Source of the DNA: a candidate division WOR-3 bacterium
GTDB taxonomy: Bacteria; Hydrothermota; Tepidihabitantia; Tepidihabitantales; Tepidihabitantaceae
Assembly: GCA_965649225.1 (NCBI GenBank)
Contig: CBFGJX010000006.1
Coordinates: 32,001 to 96,000, forward strand
DNA length: 64,000 bases
Reading direction: 5' to 3'
Part shown: one piece after another, positions 39,695 to 49,661 of the stretch
Numbering within the stretch: the stretch's first letter is position 1
How the letters are laid out: every line of letters starts with the position of its first letter
Notes under the pieces: generated by a model
Seen by the model: the letters and a program-made list of their open reading frames with translations, nothing else
Told to the model about the DNA's origin: nothing
Database searches by the model: none
Program-made: the position numbers and the translations under genes

Positions 39695-40390
39695 ATGAGG
39701 AAGTCAGACTTCTGGACATTCGTCAAGAACACGGTTCTTTTTGCCTATTCGCGGTTTCTGCGAATCCGGGTCATCTGTCTTGGGCCGGTGCATCCTCCCC
39801 TCTCTCGGCCGTTTGTGGTGGTCGCAAACCACGTCACCGGCGCCGATTCGCTGGTGATTCAGATTGCCCTGCGCACCCGCCTGTTCTTTCTCAGTTCGAG
39901 CCGCTGGTTTGTCAGTGCTGTCGGTGGCTTTGTGATGCGTCGGGCATGCGACTGTCTGGCGGTAGACCCGCAGACACCGGTGGCAAACATTCCGGGCATC
40001 CGCCAGGCTCTTCGTTTGCTCGTCGCCGGCACCAGTATCGGCGTTTATCCCTCGGGGCGACTTGAACCGCACGGCTGGAGTGGCACCGTACACAATGGCG
40101 CTGCCTGGCTTGCGCTCCACAGCGGAACTGAAATCCTGCCGGTGGTGATTCACAATCTTCGCCGCGGGCCGCTGCCCTACTCACTGCCCTGGCTGAACGA
40201 AGCCTGGGAAGGTTTGTTTTCGTTCTTTGCGAATCTCTTCAACGGACGGATTGCAGTCCTGGTGGGCAGCCCGATACGACCGGATGCGCCGGCCGCAGCG
40301 CCCGCCGACCGGCAGCGACAGCTGAGCCGGCTGAACGACTGTATCCGCCAGGAGTTTGCGCGTCTCTTCGAGCTCGCCTGTCGGCTTTGA
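39695..40390 (+). CDS. Lysophospholipid acyltransferase (PlsC-like)
   Basis: NHVTGAD (HX4D), YPSG in place of FPEG, ILPV; promoter TTGACG-N16-TAAGAT at 39646-39673. Confidence 0.8.
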   Translation: MRKSDFWTFVKNTVLFAYSRFLRIRVICLGPVHPPLSRPFVVVANHVTGADSLVIQIALRTRLFFLSSSRWFVSAVGGFVMRRACDCLAVDPQTPVANIPGIRQALRLLVAGTSIGVYPSGRLEPHGWSGTVHNGAAWLALHSGTEILPVVIHNLRRGPLPYSLPWLNEAWEGLFSFFANLFNGRIAVLVGSPIRPDAPAAAPADRQRQLSRLNDCIRQEFARLFELACRL

Positions 40391-40414
40391 CCGATAACGC
40401 TTTCCGACTATCAT
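40387..40414 (+). promoter_or_regulatory. Promoter of cysS
   Basis: TTGACC-N16-TATCAT, 10 nt before ATG; -35 contains the upstream TGA stop. Confidence 0.65.
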
Positions 40415-40424
40415 TGCTGGCCTG

Positions 40425-41810
40425 ATGATACTCTACAACACGCTCAGCCGTCGCAAAGAAGAGTTCAAGCCGGTTCAGACCGGCAAAGTCGGCATCTACA
40501 CCTGTGGCCCGACCGTTTACTACTATGCTCACTTGGGCAACTTCCGCGCCTACATCTTCGCCGACACCCTGCGCCGGGCCTTCGAGTACCTCGGCTGGGA
40601 TGTCCGGCACGTGATGAATATCACCGACGTCGGCCACCTCACCTCGGATGAAGATACCGGCGAGGACAAGCTAGAGAAAGGCGCCCGGCGCGAAGGTCGC
40701 ACACCCGAGGAAATCGCCCGGTTCTATGAAAACGCCTTCTTCGTTGACGCCGAGCGGCTGAATATTCTCCGGCCGCATATCGTCTGCCGCGCCACCGAAC
40801 ACATTCCCGAGATGATTGAGCTCGTGCGTCGGATTGAGGCAAACGGCTTCGCCTACCGCACTTCGGTTGGGCTCATCTTCGACACCGGGCGCTTTCCTGG
40901 CTATGCCGACCTCAGCCGGCTGAACCTCAAGGAGCAGCGCGCCGGCGCCCGGGTTGAAGTCGATCCCGAACGCCGCAATCCTTCCGATTTCGCCCTCTGG
41001 ATAACCAATCAACCCAATCATCTGATGCAATGGGACTCACCCTGGGGCCGGGGATTTCCGGGCTGGCACATCGAATGTTCGGCGATGTCGATCAAGTATC
41101 TGGGTGAGAACTTCGATATCCATACCGGCGGTATCGACCACATCCCGGTTCATCACACCAACGAACGGGCTCAGAACTTCGCCGCCACCGGCCGCGAGAC
41201 CGTCAACGTCTGGATGCACAATGCCTTCCTCACCCTCGGCGACCGGCGCATTGGCAAATCCGAAGGAAACCTGATAACGGTCACTCAGTTGTGCGACCGT
41301 GGTTTCGACCCGGCCGATTTCCGTTATCTCTGCCATACCGCTCTCTATCGCACTCCGCTCAATTTCACCGAAGAGTCAATCCAGGGCGCACGCAACTCTC
41401 GGCGTGGCCTGGTTGACTTCGGCCGCAGCGCCCGCGACTGGCCGGTCAAAGACCCGGCCTGGACCGAGCCCTTCGCGGCTGAATTCCGTTCCGCCATCGC
41501 CGACGACCTCAACATTCCTCAGGCCCTCGCCGCGGTCTGGTCGCTGGTCACTGAAGGCAACCGGCGTCAGGACGGCGCTGCCTGGCAGACTCTGCTCGAC
41601 TTCGACCGTGTGCTCGGTCTCGGTCTGGACCGGCTTGCCGCGCAGTCAAATGCCGTCCCGGCTGAAGTCGCCCAGCTCGTCGCCCAGCGGCAGACGGCAC
41701 GCAAAGCCAAAGACTGGGCCGAGTCCGACCGCCTGCGCGACCAAATCGCTCAACTGGGCTGGCTGGTTGAAGACACGCCCCAGGGGCCCCGTCTGAAACC
41801 GCGCCCCTGA
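40425..41810 (+). CDS. cysS: Cysteine--tRNA ligase
   Basis: [42 protein letters not shown] (KMSKS variant). Confidence 0.97.
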   Translation: MILYNTLSRRKEEFKPVQTGKVGIYTCGPTVYYYAHLGNFRAYIFADTLRRAFEYLGWDVRHVMNITDVGHLTSDEDTGEDKLEKGARREGRTPEEIARFYENAFFVDAERLNILRPHIVCRATEHIPEMIELVRRIEANGFAYRTSVGLIFDTGRFPGYADLSRLNLKEQRAGARVEVDPERRNPSDFALWITNQPNHLMQWDSPWGRGFPGWHIECSAMSIKYLGENFDIHTGGIDHIPVHHTNERAQNFAATGRETVNVWMHNAFLTLGDRRIGKSEGNLITVTQLCDRGFDPADFRYLCHTALYRTPLNFTEESIQGARNSRRGLVDFGRSARDWPVKDPAWTEPFAAEFRSAIADDLNIPQALAAVWSLVTEGNRRQDGAAWQTLLDFDRVLGLGLDRLAAQSNAVPAEVAQLVAQRQTARKAKDWAESDRLRDQIAQLGWLVEDTPQGPRLKPRP

Positions 41811-41811
41811 C

Positions 41812-41839
41812 TTGACTCCGACTCCGGCTTGCATATCAT
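41812..41839 (+). promoter_or_regulatory. Promoter of tRNA-Ile / sppA
   Basis: TTGACT-N16-TATCAT. Confidence 0.65.
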
Positions 41840-41883
41840 CTGGCGTTGACGCCGGCCGGGCCGCAGGTTCGGCGGAAACAGAC

Positions 41884-41956
<73 letters not shown>

Positions 41957-41963
41957 TCATCCC

Positions 41964-42839
41964 ATGAAACGAACCTGGCTCGTTGTACTCATTGCGGTCC
42001 TTGCCGCTTTTGCCTCCAGTCTCCTCGGATTGATAATCTTCGCCTCGGCACTGGGCCGGCCCGAAAGCGGCATCGGCCTGACCAAAGGTCTTGGTTACGT
42101 TGAGATAACCGGGACGATTACTGAATCAGAGGAAACTGTCCGGCAGCTGAAGGCGCTCGAACGCAATTCCAGCGTCAAGGGCATTCTACTGCGCATCAAC
42201 AGCCCGGGCGGCATGGTAACCCCGTCCCACGACATCTACACCGAAGTCAAACGCATCAGCGCGAGCGGCAAGCCTGTCATCGCCTCCTTCGGCAGTCTCG
42301 CCGCGTCGGGCGGCTACTACGTTGCCGCCGCCGCCGACCTGATTGTCGCCAGCCCGCAGACTCTCACCGGTTCCATCGGTGTCATCATGGAATTCCCGGT
42401 TGTCGAACGGGCAATGGATCGCCTCGGCCTCGGAGTAGAGGTGATAAAGTCGCGCGAACACAAGGACATCGGTTCACCGTTCCGCCGCATGAGCGAGCGG
42501 GATCGCAGCCTGCTGCAAAGTGTTGTAACCGACGCCTTCGACCAGTTTCTCGATGTCGTCGCTTCGGGCAGAAACCTGCCCCGCGACAGCGTCGAAAAGT
42601 TCGCCGATGGCCGGATTCTCACCGGCCGTCAGGCTTTGGCTCTCGGCCTCGTTGACAGTCTGGGATCGCTGGAGGAATCAAAACTCATCGCTGCGCGTTT
42701 CTGCGGCATCGAAGGCGAACCGCGTCTGATTCGTGCCCCACGCCGATTCGTCCGAATGTGGCGGCAACTGATGGAAGATGCCGGCGATGTCTTGTTTGGC
42801 CGTCTGCGCTTTCCGCGCCTGAGTTATTCCTGGCTGTAA
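41964..42839 (+). CDS. sppA: Signal peptide peptidase SppA (short form, S49)
   Basis: RINSPGG, AASGGYY, TGSIGV, K...KD, DGRILTG.QA..LGLVD. Confidence 0.93.
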   Translation: MKRTWLVVLIAVLAAFASSLLGLIIFASALGRPESGIGLTKGLGYVEITGTITESEETVRQLKALERNSSVKGILLRINSPGGMVTPSHDIYTEVKRISASGKPVIASFGSLAASGGYYVAAAADLIVASPQTLTGSIGVIMEFPVVERAMDRLGLGVEVIKSREHKDIGSPFRRMSERDRSLLQSVVTDAFDQFLDVVASGRNLPRDSVEKFADGRILTGRQALALGLVDSLGSLEESKLIAARFCGIEGEPRLIRAPRRFVRMWRQLMEDAGDVLFGRLRFPRLSYSWL

Positions 42840-42851
42840 CCGGACGGGTCG

Positions 42852-43244
42852 CTACAGTGTCGGCACGCGATTGCCGGTTCGCAGTGCCGTTTCAGTCTCA
42901 CGCCGCAGTGATCGCATCAACTGCCGGGCTGCACGCAACTTTTCTTCCGCCGTTTTGACATCACCGGCACTGCGCACGTCGGCGAGCAGCTGACGGGCCT
43001 CTGCCAGTTGGCGGTCGATCTGCCCCAGTTGCGCCTCGGCTTCGCCGGATTTGGCGTTCTTTCTTGCCTCAGCGACCCGTCGGCCTGTCCTTTCGACTGC
43101 CGGCTCCAGCCGGGCAGCTTCTGTCTGCAGCCGCTCCAGTGTCAGCTTGGGTGTCCGTGTCCGATTCGGCGTTGCAAAAATGAAAACCAGCCCGGCAATC
43201 ACTGCCAGGCCGACAATTGTCCAGACGATCACGCGGCTCTTCAT
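42852..43244 (-). CDS. Hypothetical membrane-anchored helical protein
   Basis: GGAGG RBS, promoter TTGACC-N17-TATAAT (43291-43263), N-terminal TM and coiled-coil-like body. Confidence 0.7.
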   Translation of the reverse strand: MKSRVIVWTIVGLAVIAGLVFIFATPNRTRTPKLTLERLQTEAARLEPAVERTGRRVAEARKNAKSGEAEAQLGQIDRQLAEARQLLADVRSAGDVKTAEEKLRAARQLMRSLRRETETALRTGNRVPTL

Positions 43245-43340
43245 TTTACCTCCTGGCACGATATTATAACTCACCGGCATCACAGGGTCAAGCTGACCAC
43301 CGCTTGACTAACCAGCGCCCCTGTCTAAGCTGACAGTCCG

Positions 43341-45251
43341 ATGGAAGAACTCGTCCGGCAATACCGTGAGAAACTGCGTCAGAAAGACTACGAAGGGCTC
43401 GAAGATACCTGGCTCGAGCTGATTCAGAGCGGCATCGAACTCGACCGGCTGCTGGTCGAGGCCGAACTGGCCGAAAAACACGCTCCACGCCACAACGCCG
43501 CCATCCTGCTGTCAGTGCTGGCCGACCATTTGAAGGAACAGGGGCGCCATGACGCCGCGCTGCAGGTCCTGCGCCGCGCCGCCGATCTCAATCCTGACTC
43601 GGCCGAACTCGCCCACGAAATCGCCGGCTGTATCCGAAAGACCCATGCGACGGTTGCTGATCTTGAAGCAATCCTGCACAAGTCCGGTCTTGGCTACGGC
43701 CAGTCGCTGAAGGAAGTATTGCCTCGTCTTGACCGCTACCTCGCACTGACACCGGGCAGTTGTGTCTACGATGCCGACCGCGGGCCGGGCCGGGTAAAGA
43801 AACTGGACCTGCTCCTTGACCGCGTAACCATCGATTTCGACATCGGCGCCGAACTGTCGTGGGATGTTGCGGTCGCCGCCCGGCAGCTGCGTCCCTGTGC
43901 CGCCGGCGGCTACTTTGATACCCTCCGTTCCGACCGTACCCGCCTGCGTCGGCTGGCAGCTGAAGCACCGGGGACACTTGTCCGGTTACTGTTGCGGGAT
44001 ACCGGTCGCGCCATGACCGTCACCGACATCGCTGCCGGACTCGCCGAGGTCGTGCCGGCTGCCGAATGGGAAGGCTTCTGGAACCGGGCACGGCGCGAAC
44101 TGGCCCAGGACCCTCATATCATCTCCCGCACTGTTCCCGCCCGCACCTATGCCTACAGCGAAACCCCGACAACTGTCAGCAAGACCACCACCCGGCCCCA
44201 GGCCTCCCGATTCCGGCTCGAACCGGACGAGATCAAATCGATGCCTGAGGAAAAACTGCTTGCCGCCTGGCGCGGGCTCAAAACCGCAGTTGACCGCAAG
44301 GGGTTTCTTGAAACTGTCGCCAGTGCCAGACCCGATGACTGGGACCGTATCTACAGCGCAATTTTCCGCAGTGGCACCGATGCCCGCAGTGCCGCAATCA
44401 TTGAAAAGGCACTGTCGGCATCCCGTCCCGAAGCCTGGCAGTCGCTGCTGGAAGGCATCCTCACTGCCTACCGCCAGTATCCGGAAGCATTTCTCTGGCT
44501 GGTTGAAAATGCCGGTCGCATCGGTATCGCCGGTCCCAAGGGTCTGCTTGTCCGGCTACTCGACCTTCTGGAATTCTCGGCGCGCAAGAGCGGCTGGACG
44601 CGCCTGCGCAACGCAATCACCGCCGATGACTACGCGATTGTCCGGGGCGCATTGGAGACAATGGAACGGGATGAGGCCGAACGACTGCTCACCCGCACCC
44701 GTTCAATCGCCGCGCTCGAAGGCTACCGCGCCGACGAAATCGGGGCTCTGGTACTGGCCCGCTTCCCCGAACTGGAACAGTCTCAGGCCGACAATTTCAT
44801 CTATTCCACTGCCGCTGGCATCGAACGTGCCCGCGGCGAACTCCGGCATCTGACCGACGTTGAACTGCCGCAGTCAGCCGAGGAAATCGCCCGCGCCCGG
44901 GCCCACGGCGACCTGAGCGAGAACTACGAATACAAGGCGGCCAAAGAAAAACAGGCGCGTCTCCTCGCCCGGATCAACCGTCTGCGTGACGAACTGGCGC
45001 TGGCTCGTCCAATCCGTCCCGACGACATCGACACGACTGAAGTCTCGATCGGCAGCCGGGTAGTGCTGCGGCTGCCTTCCGGCGAAACGACCAGCTACTC
45101 GATTCTCGGCCCATGGGACACTGACGCCGAACACGGCGTGATATCTTATCTTTCCCCCTTTGCCCGTCTGCTGATGGGCAAAAAACCGGGCGAAGCCGTC
45201 GAGCTCGACGGCCGCCCCTGCACAATCGAAGACATCAGCCCGGCACTCTAA
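43341..45251 (+). CDS. greA: GreA/GreB family transcription elongation factor with long N-terminal extension
   Basis: C-terminal ARAHGDLSENYEYKAAKE, ILGPWD, ISYLSP; promoter TTGACT-N16-TAAGCT at 43304-43331. Confidence 0.88.
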   Translation: MEELVRQYREKLRQKDYEGLEDTWLELIQSGIELDRLLVEAELAEKHAPRHNAAILLSVLADHLKEQGRHDAALQVLRRAADLNPDSAELAHEIAGCIRKTHATVADLEAILHKSGLGYGQSLKEVLPRLDRYLALTPGSCVYDADRGPGRVKKLDLLLDRVTIDFDIGAELSWDVAVAARQLRPCAAGGYFDTLRSDRTRLRRLAAEAPGTLVRLLLRDTGRAMTVTDIAAGLAEVVPAAEWEGFWNRARRELAQDPHIISRTVPARTYAYSETPTTVSKTTTRPQASRFRLEPDEIKSMPEEKLLAAWRGLKTAVDRKGFLETVASARPDDWDRIYSAIFRSGTDARSAAIIEKALSASRPEAWQSLLEGILTAYRQYPEAFLWLVENAGRIGIAGPKGLLVRLLDLLEFSARKSGWTRLRNAITADDYAIVRGALETMERDEAERLLTRTRSIAALEGYRADEIGALVLARFPELEQSQADNFIYSTAAGIERARGELRHLTDVELPQSAEEIARARAHGDLSENYEYKAAKEKQARLLARINRLRDELALARPIRPDDIDTTEVSIGSRVVLRLPSGETTSYSILGPWDTDAEHGVISYLSPFARLLMGKKPGEAVELDGRPCTIEDISPAL

Positions 45252-45898
45252 TGGCCCGAATCTTTGAATTCCCGCGCGGAACGATCATCCCGGAGCTGAT
45301 TGAATCTGCCGCCGAGCTGCTCGCCGCCCGCGCAGTCGGAGTCTTCCCGACCGAAACCGTCTACGGCATTGGCGCGGCGATTGACCGGCCGGAAGCGGTC
45401 GCACGCGTTTACAGTCTCAAACGTCGCAGTGTCTCGCAGCCCTTGATGGCCCACTGTTCCAGCCCGACCCAGTTGAATGCTGTTGTCAGTGAAATTCCTG
45501 ATTTTGCCCGCCGGCTGATGCAGTGCTTCTGGCCCGGCCCGCTGGCCCTGATTCTGCGCCGCTCCCCCGACGTGGCAGACATTGTCACCGGCGGTACTCC
45601 GACCATTGGCGTAAGGATGGTTGCCCATCCGGTTACCCAGAATCTCATCGCCCGCCTCGGCCGGCCGCTTGCTGGTACCAGCGCCAACTACCATTCCGAA
45701 CCGGACACCGCCAGTTTTGCCCGGATTGACCCCGGCCTGATTCAGTCAGTTGACCTGGCCCTCGATGCCGGTGTCTGTGGCTCCGGCCGCGCCTCGACCG
45801 TGCTCGACTGCACCGGTGAAGAACCGCGACTGGTCCGCCCCGGCGCGGTGCCGGTCAGCGAGCTCGAATCCGTCATCGGCCACGCTCTGGCGCGCTAG
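45251..45898 (+). CDS. tsaC: L-threonylcarbamoyladenylate synthase (TsaC/Sua5 YrdC domain)
   Basis: FPTETVYG, LKRR, FWPGPL, GTSAN, STVLD, RPGA motifs. Confidence 0.93.
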   Translation: MARIFEFPRGTIIPELIESAAELLAARAVGVFPTETVYGIGAAIDRPEAVARVYSLKRRSVSQPLMAHCSSPTQLNAVVSEIPDFARRLMQCFWPGPLALILRRSPDVADIVTGGTPTIGVRMVAHPVTQNLIARLGRPLAGTSANYHSEPDTASFARIDPGLIQSVDLALDAGVCGSGRASTVLDCTGEEPRLVRPGAVPVSELESVIGHALAR

Positions 45899-45919
45899 CG
45901 TCAATCCACCCGAACAAAC

Positions 45920-45950
45920 CGAGCCGGCCCGCAGGCCGGCTCGAAGTTTT
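45920..45950. terminator. Probable bidirectional terminator
   Basis: CGAGCCGGCC-N4-GGCCGGCTCG hairpin between convergent genes, with T-rich flanks. Confidence 0.65.
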
Positions 45951-45980
45951 GTGAATCTGTCTCTGGCTTCTAACCGCTTT

Positions 45981-47552
45981 CTAGTATCTGTACCGCAGTT
46001 TCAGGTCGAAGTCGACTCCCTGTCCGTTCTCCCCCGGCGTGCCGCTGTAATTCTCGGCCCGCCACAGAACAACTGCTGCCTTGATGAACAGATCCCTGCC
46101 GACCTGTACCTCGGCACCGGGCGCGATGCGCAGTGTTTTCTCGACGTCTTCGACGATATTACCAAGGCTGTCCAGCGCCACGGCCGGGAACGAACGTGGC
46201 AACGTGTCGCCGTAGTCATGGGTCCGGTTGCGGAAATCACCACGATTGAGCGCGCCGCGCCGGGTGTAGTCGGCCGCGAGCTCGGCGCGCAGCCAGTCCA
46301 GCGGCGTCCAGGTCGCCACGCCCAGCACCCGATCTGCATCCGGTCCGAGCGGGTGACCAAGCGGGGTCAGGTAGTTCTCGTACATCGTCGAGTGAACACG
46401 ATGGTAGTAGGTGAAGGCGGTGACGCGGACGTACTCGACGCGCAGGTCCGCGCTCAGGCGCGGCGCAACATACAGCCCGGTCTGCAGTCCGACCGCGTTG
46501 GGCGCGCCCCGCCGGTCGTTGAACTCGTAGTTGTCGATGAAAAGCTGGCCGTAGGCCTTGACCGGCGGCAGGTAGCCCACCGCATCGAAACCCACGAGCA
46601 GGTTCTCGTCATGCCCGGAATTGGCCACGCTAAAGTAAATCGGAATCAGCGGATTGACCAGCCCACCGAGCTGAGCGGGCTGGAACGAATCCCACGAACA
46701 GACGCTCATCATCGCGCCGCCGAGCGTGATGCGCCTCAACAAGGATACCTCGAGCCGCTGCGCGGACAAAAACCGCGGCCGCATGCCCCAGCGGGACAGC
46801 AACGCGGTGAAGCCGGTGAACCGGAAATTGCGGTAGGCGGCAGAGAACTGGACGTGGTCCAGTGCCGGCGCCGCGTCCGACAGCGTCACCGAACTTGAGT
46901 ATCCCGGCCCCCAGACAAATTCGTCGCGCCCGACCTCCAGCCGCAGCCAGGGCAGCCGGAACGCCAGGTAGGCGAGCTCGTTCTCCACCGTGAGCCGGCC
47001 CTGCCACGGCAGCACCCGCTTGCCCGGGATGTGCCAGCCGGCTGAGTCGCGCGGGACGCTGTCGCGTTCCAGGTTCGGGTTGAACACCGTGACCTCGAGC
47101 CGGTTGTAGAACGCGAAGTCATCGCCCGGCCGGTTGTTCATCACAATACCGAATCCTGCCGCCTGGCTGTCGACACAGGCCCGGGCCCGGGCGAAGCCGT
47201 CCAGCCGCGCGCGCGAGCCCGGCACGTCCGGTACCGGGATGCTGGCTAAGGGCCGGCGCCGGTTGGCCCACGGCTCGATCAGCTCGTCGGCCAGCTCACG
47301 CTCGAGCCGGCGCAGCGCCGCGCGCTCGGCCGTGCTCAGGCGCGCGAAGGGCACGAGTGACTCGACCTCGCTCACCCACTGCGCGGCCTGAGCCCGGGTC
47401 CACGGCCGGCTCGTGTAGGGCATCGAGCGTATGAGCCCGGCGGTCTTGAGCAGGTCGATGTCGTCGTAGACCCGCGAGTCGGTCGGGATGTGCTCGATGC
47501 TTGCGGCGGTGGCAATCGCCACCGCCGCAAGGAACAGCGCCAGGCCCCGCAT
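45981..47552 (-). CDS. Capsule assembly Wzi-like outer membrane beta-barrel
   Basis: Signal peptide, P..SRPWTR, GRD...WGPG...LS..AP, YGQLFID, LGH.LGPDAD, terminal YRY; start moved to ATG 47552. Confidence 0.78.
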   Translation of the reverse strand: MRGLALFLAAVAIATAASIEHIPTDSRVYDDIDLLKTAGLIRSMPYTSRPWTRAQAAQWVSEVESLVPFARLSTAERAALRRLERELADELIEPWANRRRPLASIPVPDVPGSRARLDGFARARACVDSQAAGFGIVMNNRPGDDFAFYNRLEVTVFNPNLERDSVPRDSAGWHIPGKRVLPWQGRLTVENELAYLAFRLPWLRLEVGRDEFVWGPGYSSSVTLSDAAPALDHVQFSAAYRNFRFTGFTALLSRWGMRPRFLSAQRLEVSLLRRITLGGAMMSVCSWDSFQPAQLGGLVNPLIPIYFSVANSGHDENLLVGFDAVGYLPPVKAYGQLFIDNYEFNDRRGAPNAVGLQTGLYVAPRLSADLRVEYVRVTAFTYYHRVHSTMYENYLTPLGHPLGPDADRVLGVATWTPLDWLRAELAADYTRRGALNRGDFRNRTHDYGDTLPRSFPAVALDSLGNIVEDVEKTLRIAPGAEVQVGRDLFIKAAVVLWRAENYSGTPGENGQGVDFDLKLRYRY

Positions 47553-47554
47553 CG

Positions 47555-48187
47555 CTACTTGATGATGCCGAGCCAGTCGCGGAGCAAAAACTGCAGCCGG
47601 CCGATGAGCAGCGACATCCGCGCCATCACCGTGTAGCCGAATGACGCGCCGAACCCGACCATCAGGTAGACGATGCCGGTCTCGGACGCGATGCGCAGCG
47701 CGCCCTTGTGCTCGCGCGAGAAGAAGAAGTAAAGCACCGTGCAGACCACGCCGACGAGCGATATCACCGCAAACAACAGCAAGTCCCAGCGCGCCAGTAC
47801 CGAAGGCACCAGCAGCGTACCCTGCATCTGGCGCATGATATTGGTCTGAAACAATGCCGGTATCGCCGCACCGGCGGCCCAGCCCAGCACGAATGCCATC
47901 GGAAACCGGATCAGCCACGAAACCTTCGGGATGAACCGGGTGAAGTAGAGCAGTCCGAGCACGAACGGAATGATGTAGAGCAGCCGGCCCTGCCCGAAGA
48001 GCGGCTGGATAAGGTCGGGCCGCACCGTACTGTGCCAGGTGAGAGCGATCGTGTAACCGGCCGATACTCCGACAAACAGATGCTCGCAGAACTTGTAGAA
48101 AGGATTGTCCTTCCAGAGAAACGAGAAGATTCCCAGCGTCAGAATTGCGGCCAGCCAGGTCAACACACTGGTCGAGATATGCATCAC
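47555..48187 (-). CDS. Uncharacterised polytopic membrane protein (DUF6754 cluster)
   Basis: About 6 TM; SFLWKDNPFY..EHLFVG, YFFFS, GFGASFG.TVM.R..LL.GR. Confidence 0.8.
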   Translation of the reverse strand: MMHISTSVLTWLAAILTLGIFSFLWKDNPFYKFCEHLFVGVSAGYTIALTWHSTVRPDLIQPLFGQGRLLYIIPFVLGLLYFTRFIPKVSWLIRFPMAFVLGWAAGAAIPALFQTNIMRQMQGTLLVPSVLARWDLLLFAVISLVGVVCTVLYFFFSREHKGALRIASETGIVYLMVGFGASFGYTVMARMSLLIGRLQFLLRDWLGIIK

Positions 48188-49026
48188 GCCCTCCTCTTTC
48201 TGGTCGCAAAAAAGGCGATGTTGCCGACAATCACCAGCACCATGATTGCCACATGCGCCAGTGACTGCGAATCCATCGCCGCCACTGCCGGCATGTAGGC
48301 CTTGGAGTAGCCGGCTCGCTCCACCATCACCTCGTACTCCGCTCCACCCTTCATCCCGGCCAAGAGGCCGGTCAGCTGACCGGTCTGCAGAAACGGATAG
48401 GCGTCGGCGGCCGATACCGCAGTGACGCCGGCCCCGACCCGCAAACCGTAACGCGACTGGCCGTACAACAGCCAGTCATTGTAGCCCGGTACGCCGGCCG
48501 ACAGGGCTACCGCCAGCGGAATATCGCGCAGCCGGGTAACCTCGTTCATCATTGGCAGCGAGTCCAGCGGGTGACCGTAGTGGTCGACCGGAAAAACCGC
48601 CTTGATGTTCTCGCCCATTCCCAGAATCACCGCGTCGACACCCGCCTTCCAGCCCAGATAGACAACGTCCTCTCCGTACTTCTTGTTGTATTCGGGCGTG
48701 ACGGTCTGAACCGCCATGTCGGCCAGCCCGGCGCCGGTCACCCACAGTCCGCACAACAGCACCTTCACGTCCTTCGCGAACGCGTGGCGCATCAGCGCGG
48801 TGAGCATCGGGTACAGCTCGGGCATCGAGCTCGGGTCGAAATCCACGGAAATCAGCAAGGTCTTGCCCGGCGGCAGCGCATCCACCGCGTCAAACAGCGC
48901 GCGCGCCCGCGGGCCGGAAGTCACGCCCAGCCCGAACGGCCGCACCAGCGGCAGTATCACCAGCAGCGCCATCACCGCGTAGATTATCTTGCGGTCAATC
49001 CGCAGCAGATACTGAAAGAGCTTCAT
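48184..49026 (-). CDS. Uncharacterised membrane-anchored alpha/beta protein (DUF6754 cluster)
   Basis: N- and C-terminal TMs around a soluble domain; [32 protein letters not shown]. Confidence 0.8.
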   Translation of the reverse strand: MKLFQYLLRIDRKIIYAVMALLVILPLVRPFGLGVTSGPRARALFDAVDALPPGKTLLISVDFDPSSMPELYPMLTALMRHAFAKDVKVLLCGLWVTGAGLADMAVQTVTPEYNKKYGEDVVYLGWKAGVDAVILGMGENIKAVFPVDHYGHPLDSLPMMNEVTRLRDIPLAVALSAGVPGYNDWLLYGQSRYGLRVGAGVTAVSAADAYPFLQTGQLTGLLAGMKGGAEYEVMVERAGYSKAYMPAVAAMDSQSLAHVAIMVLVIVGNIAFFATRKRRA

Positions 49027-49652
49027 TGTTTGCCTCCGCCGAGCCAGCCGCGCTCGATTCCGAGTATCACCTTCAGCGAAGTGGCGATACCGCCCAGCGC
49101 CACGCCGAACAGTATCGCCCGTTTGGCCGCCATGTTCGGCACCGACAGCACCCATTCGGCGATGCCCGGCAGTTTGTTCCACAGCGCCGCTCCGATCGGC
49201 ACCATCCCCAGCATTACGACGAACGAGGCCACCAGCAGCAGCGCTGCCTCCTTGGTGCGGGCGCGGAAGGCGCGATACGCCGCCGAAGCCATGTAGAAGG
49301 CAAGGATGGCAAACATCGACGCGTTCAGCGGCACCAGGATGTTCTCAAAGATGATACTCTGCAGTATCGAACCCTGCTTGACGCCACCGAACAGGCCGAT
49401 GATTGCGGTGGCAACCAGCGCCACCAGCGCGACGATTGAATACAGCCAGCCCGGTCGCCGGCGTTTGATCTTGTCCGAGTGATAGACAATCAGACTGCCG
49501 GTTCCCAGCACCAGCGCAAAAGCCCCGACGATTCGAATCCACTTGGTGGTCGTTTCGAAATAGGCTACCGAGATCGGGTGCGGCACAAAGAACTGGACGA
49601 TCATGCTGATGCCCATTACCAGACACAATGCCAGCGGTATTGTCCGTCTCAT
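49023..49652 (-). CDS. Uncharacterised polytopic membrane protein (DUF6754 cluster)
   Basis: About 6 [38 protein letters not shown]. Confidence 0.8.
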   Translation of the reverse strand: MRRTIPLALCLVMGISMIVQFFVPHPISVAYFETTTKWIRIVGAFALVLGTGSLIVYHSDKIKRRRPGWLYSIVALVALVATAIIGLFGGVKQGSILQSIIFENILVPLNASMFAILAFYMASAAYRAFRARTKEAALLLVASFVVMLGMVPIGAALWNKLPGIAEWVLSVPNMAAKRAILFGVALGGIATSLKVILGIERGWLGGGKQ

Positions 49653-49661
49653 TTTCTTCTC

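Noticed and set aside
47553..48230. N-terminal extension of the 749-aa Wzi-like ORF
   Set aside because: Overlaps a real gene in another frame; the signal peptide starts at 47552
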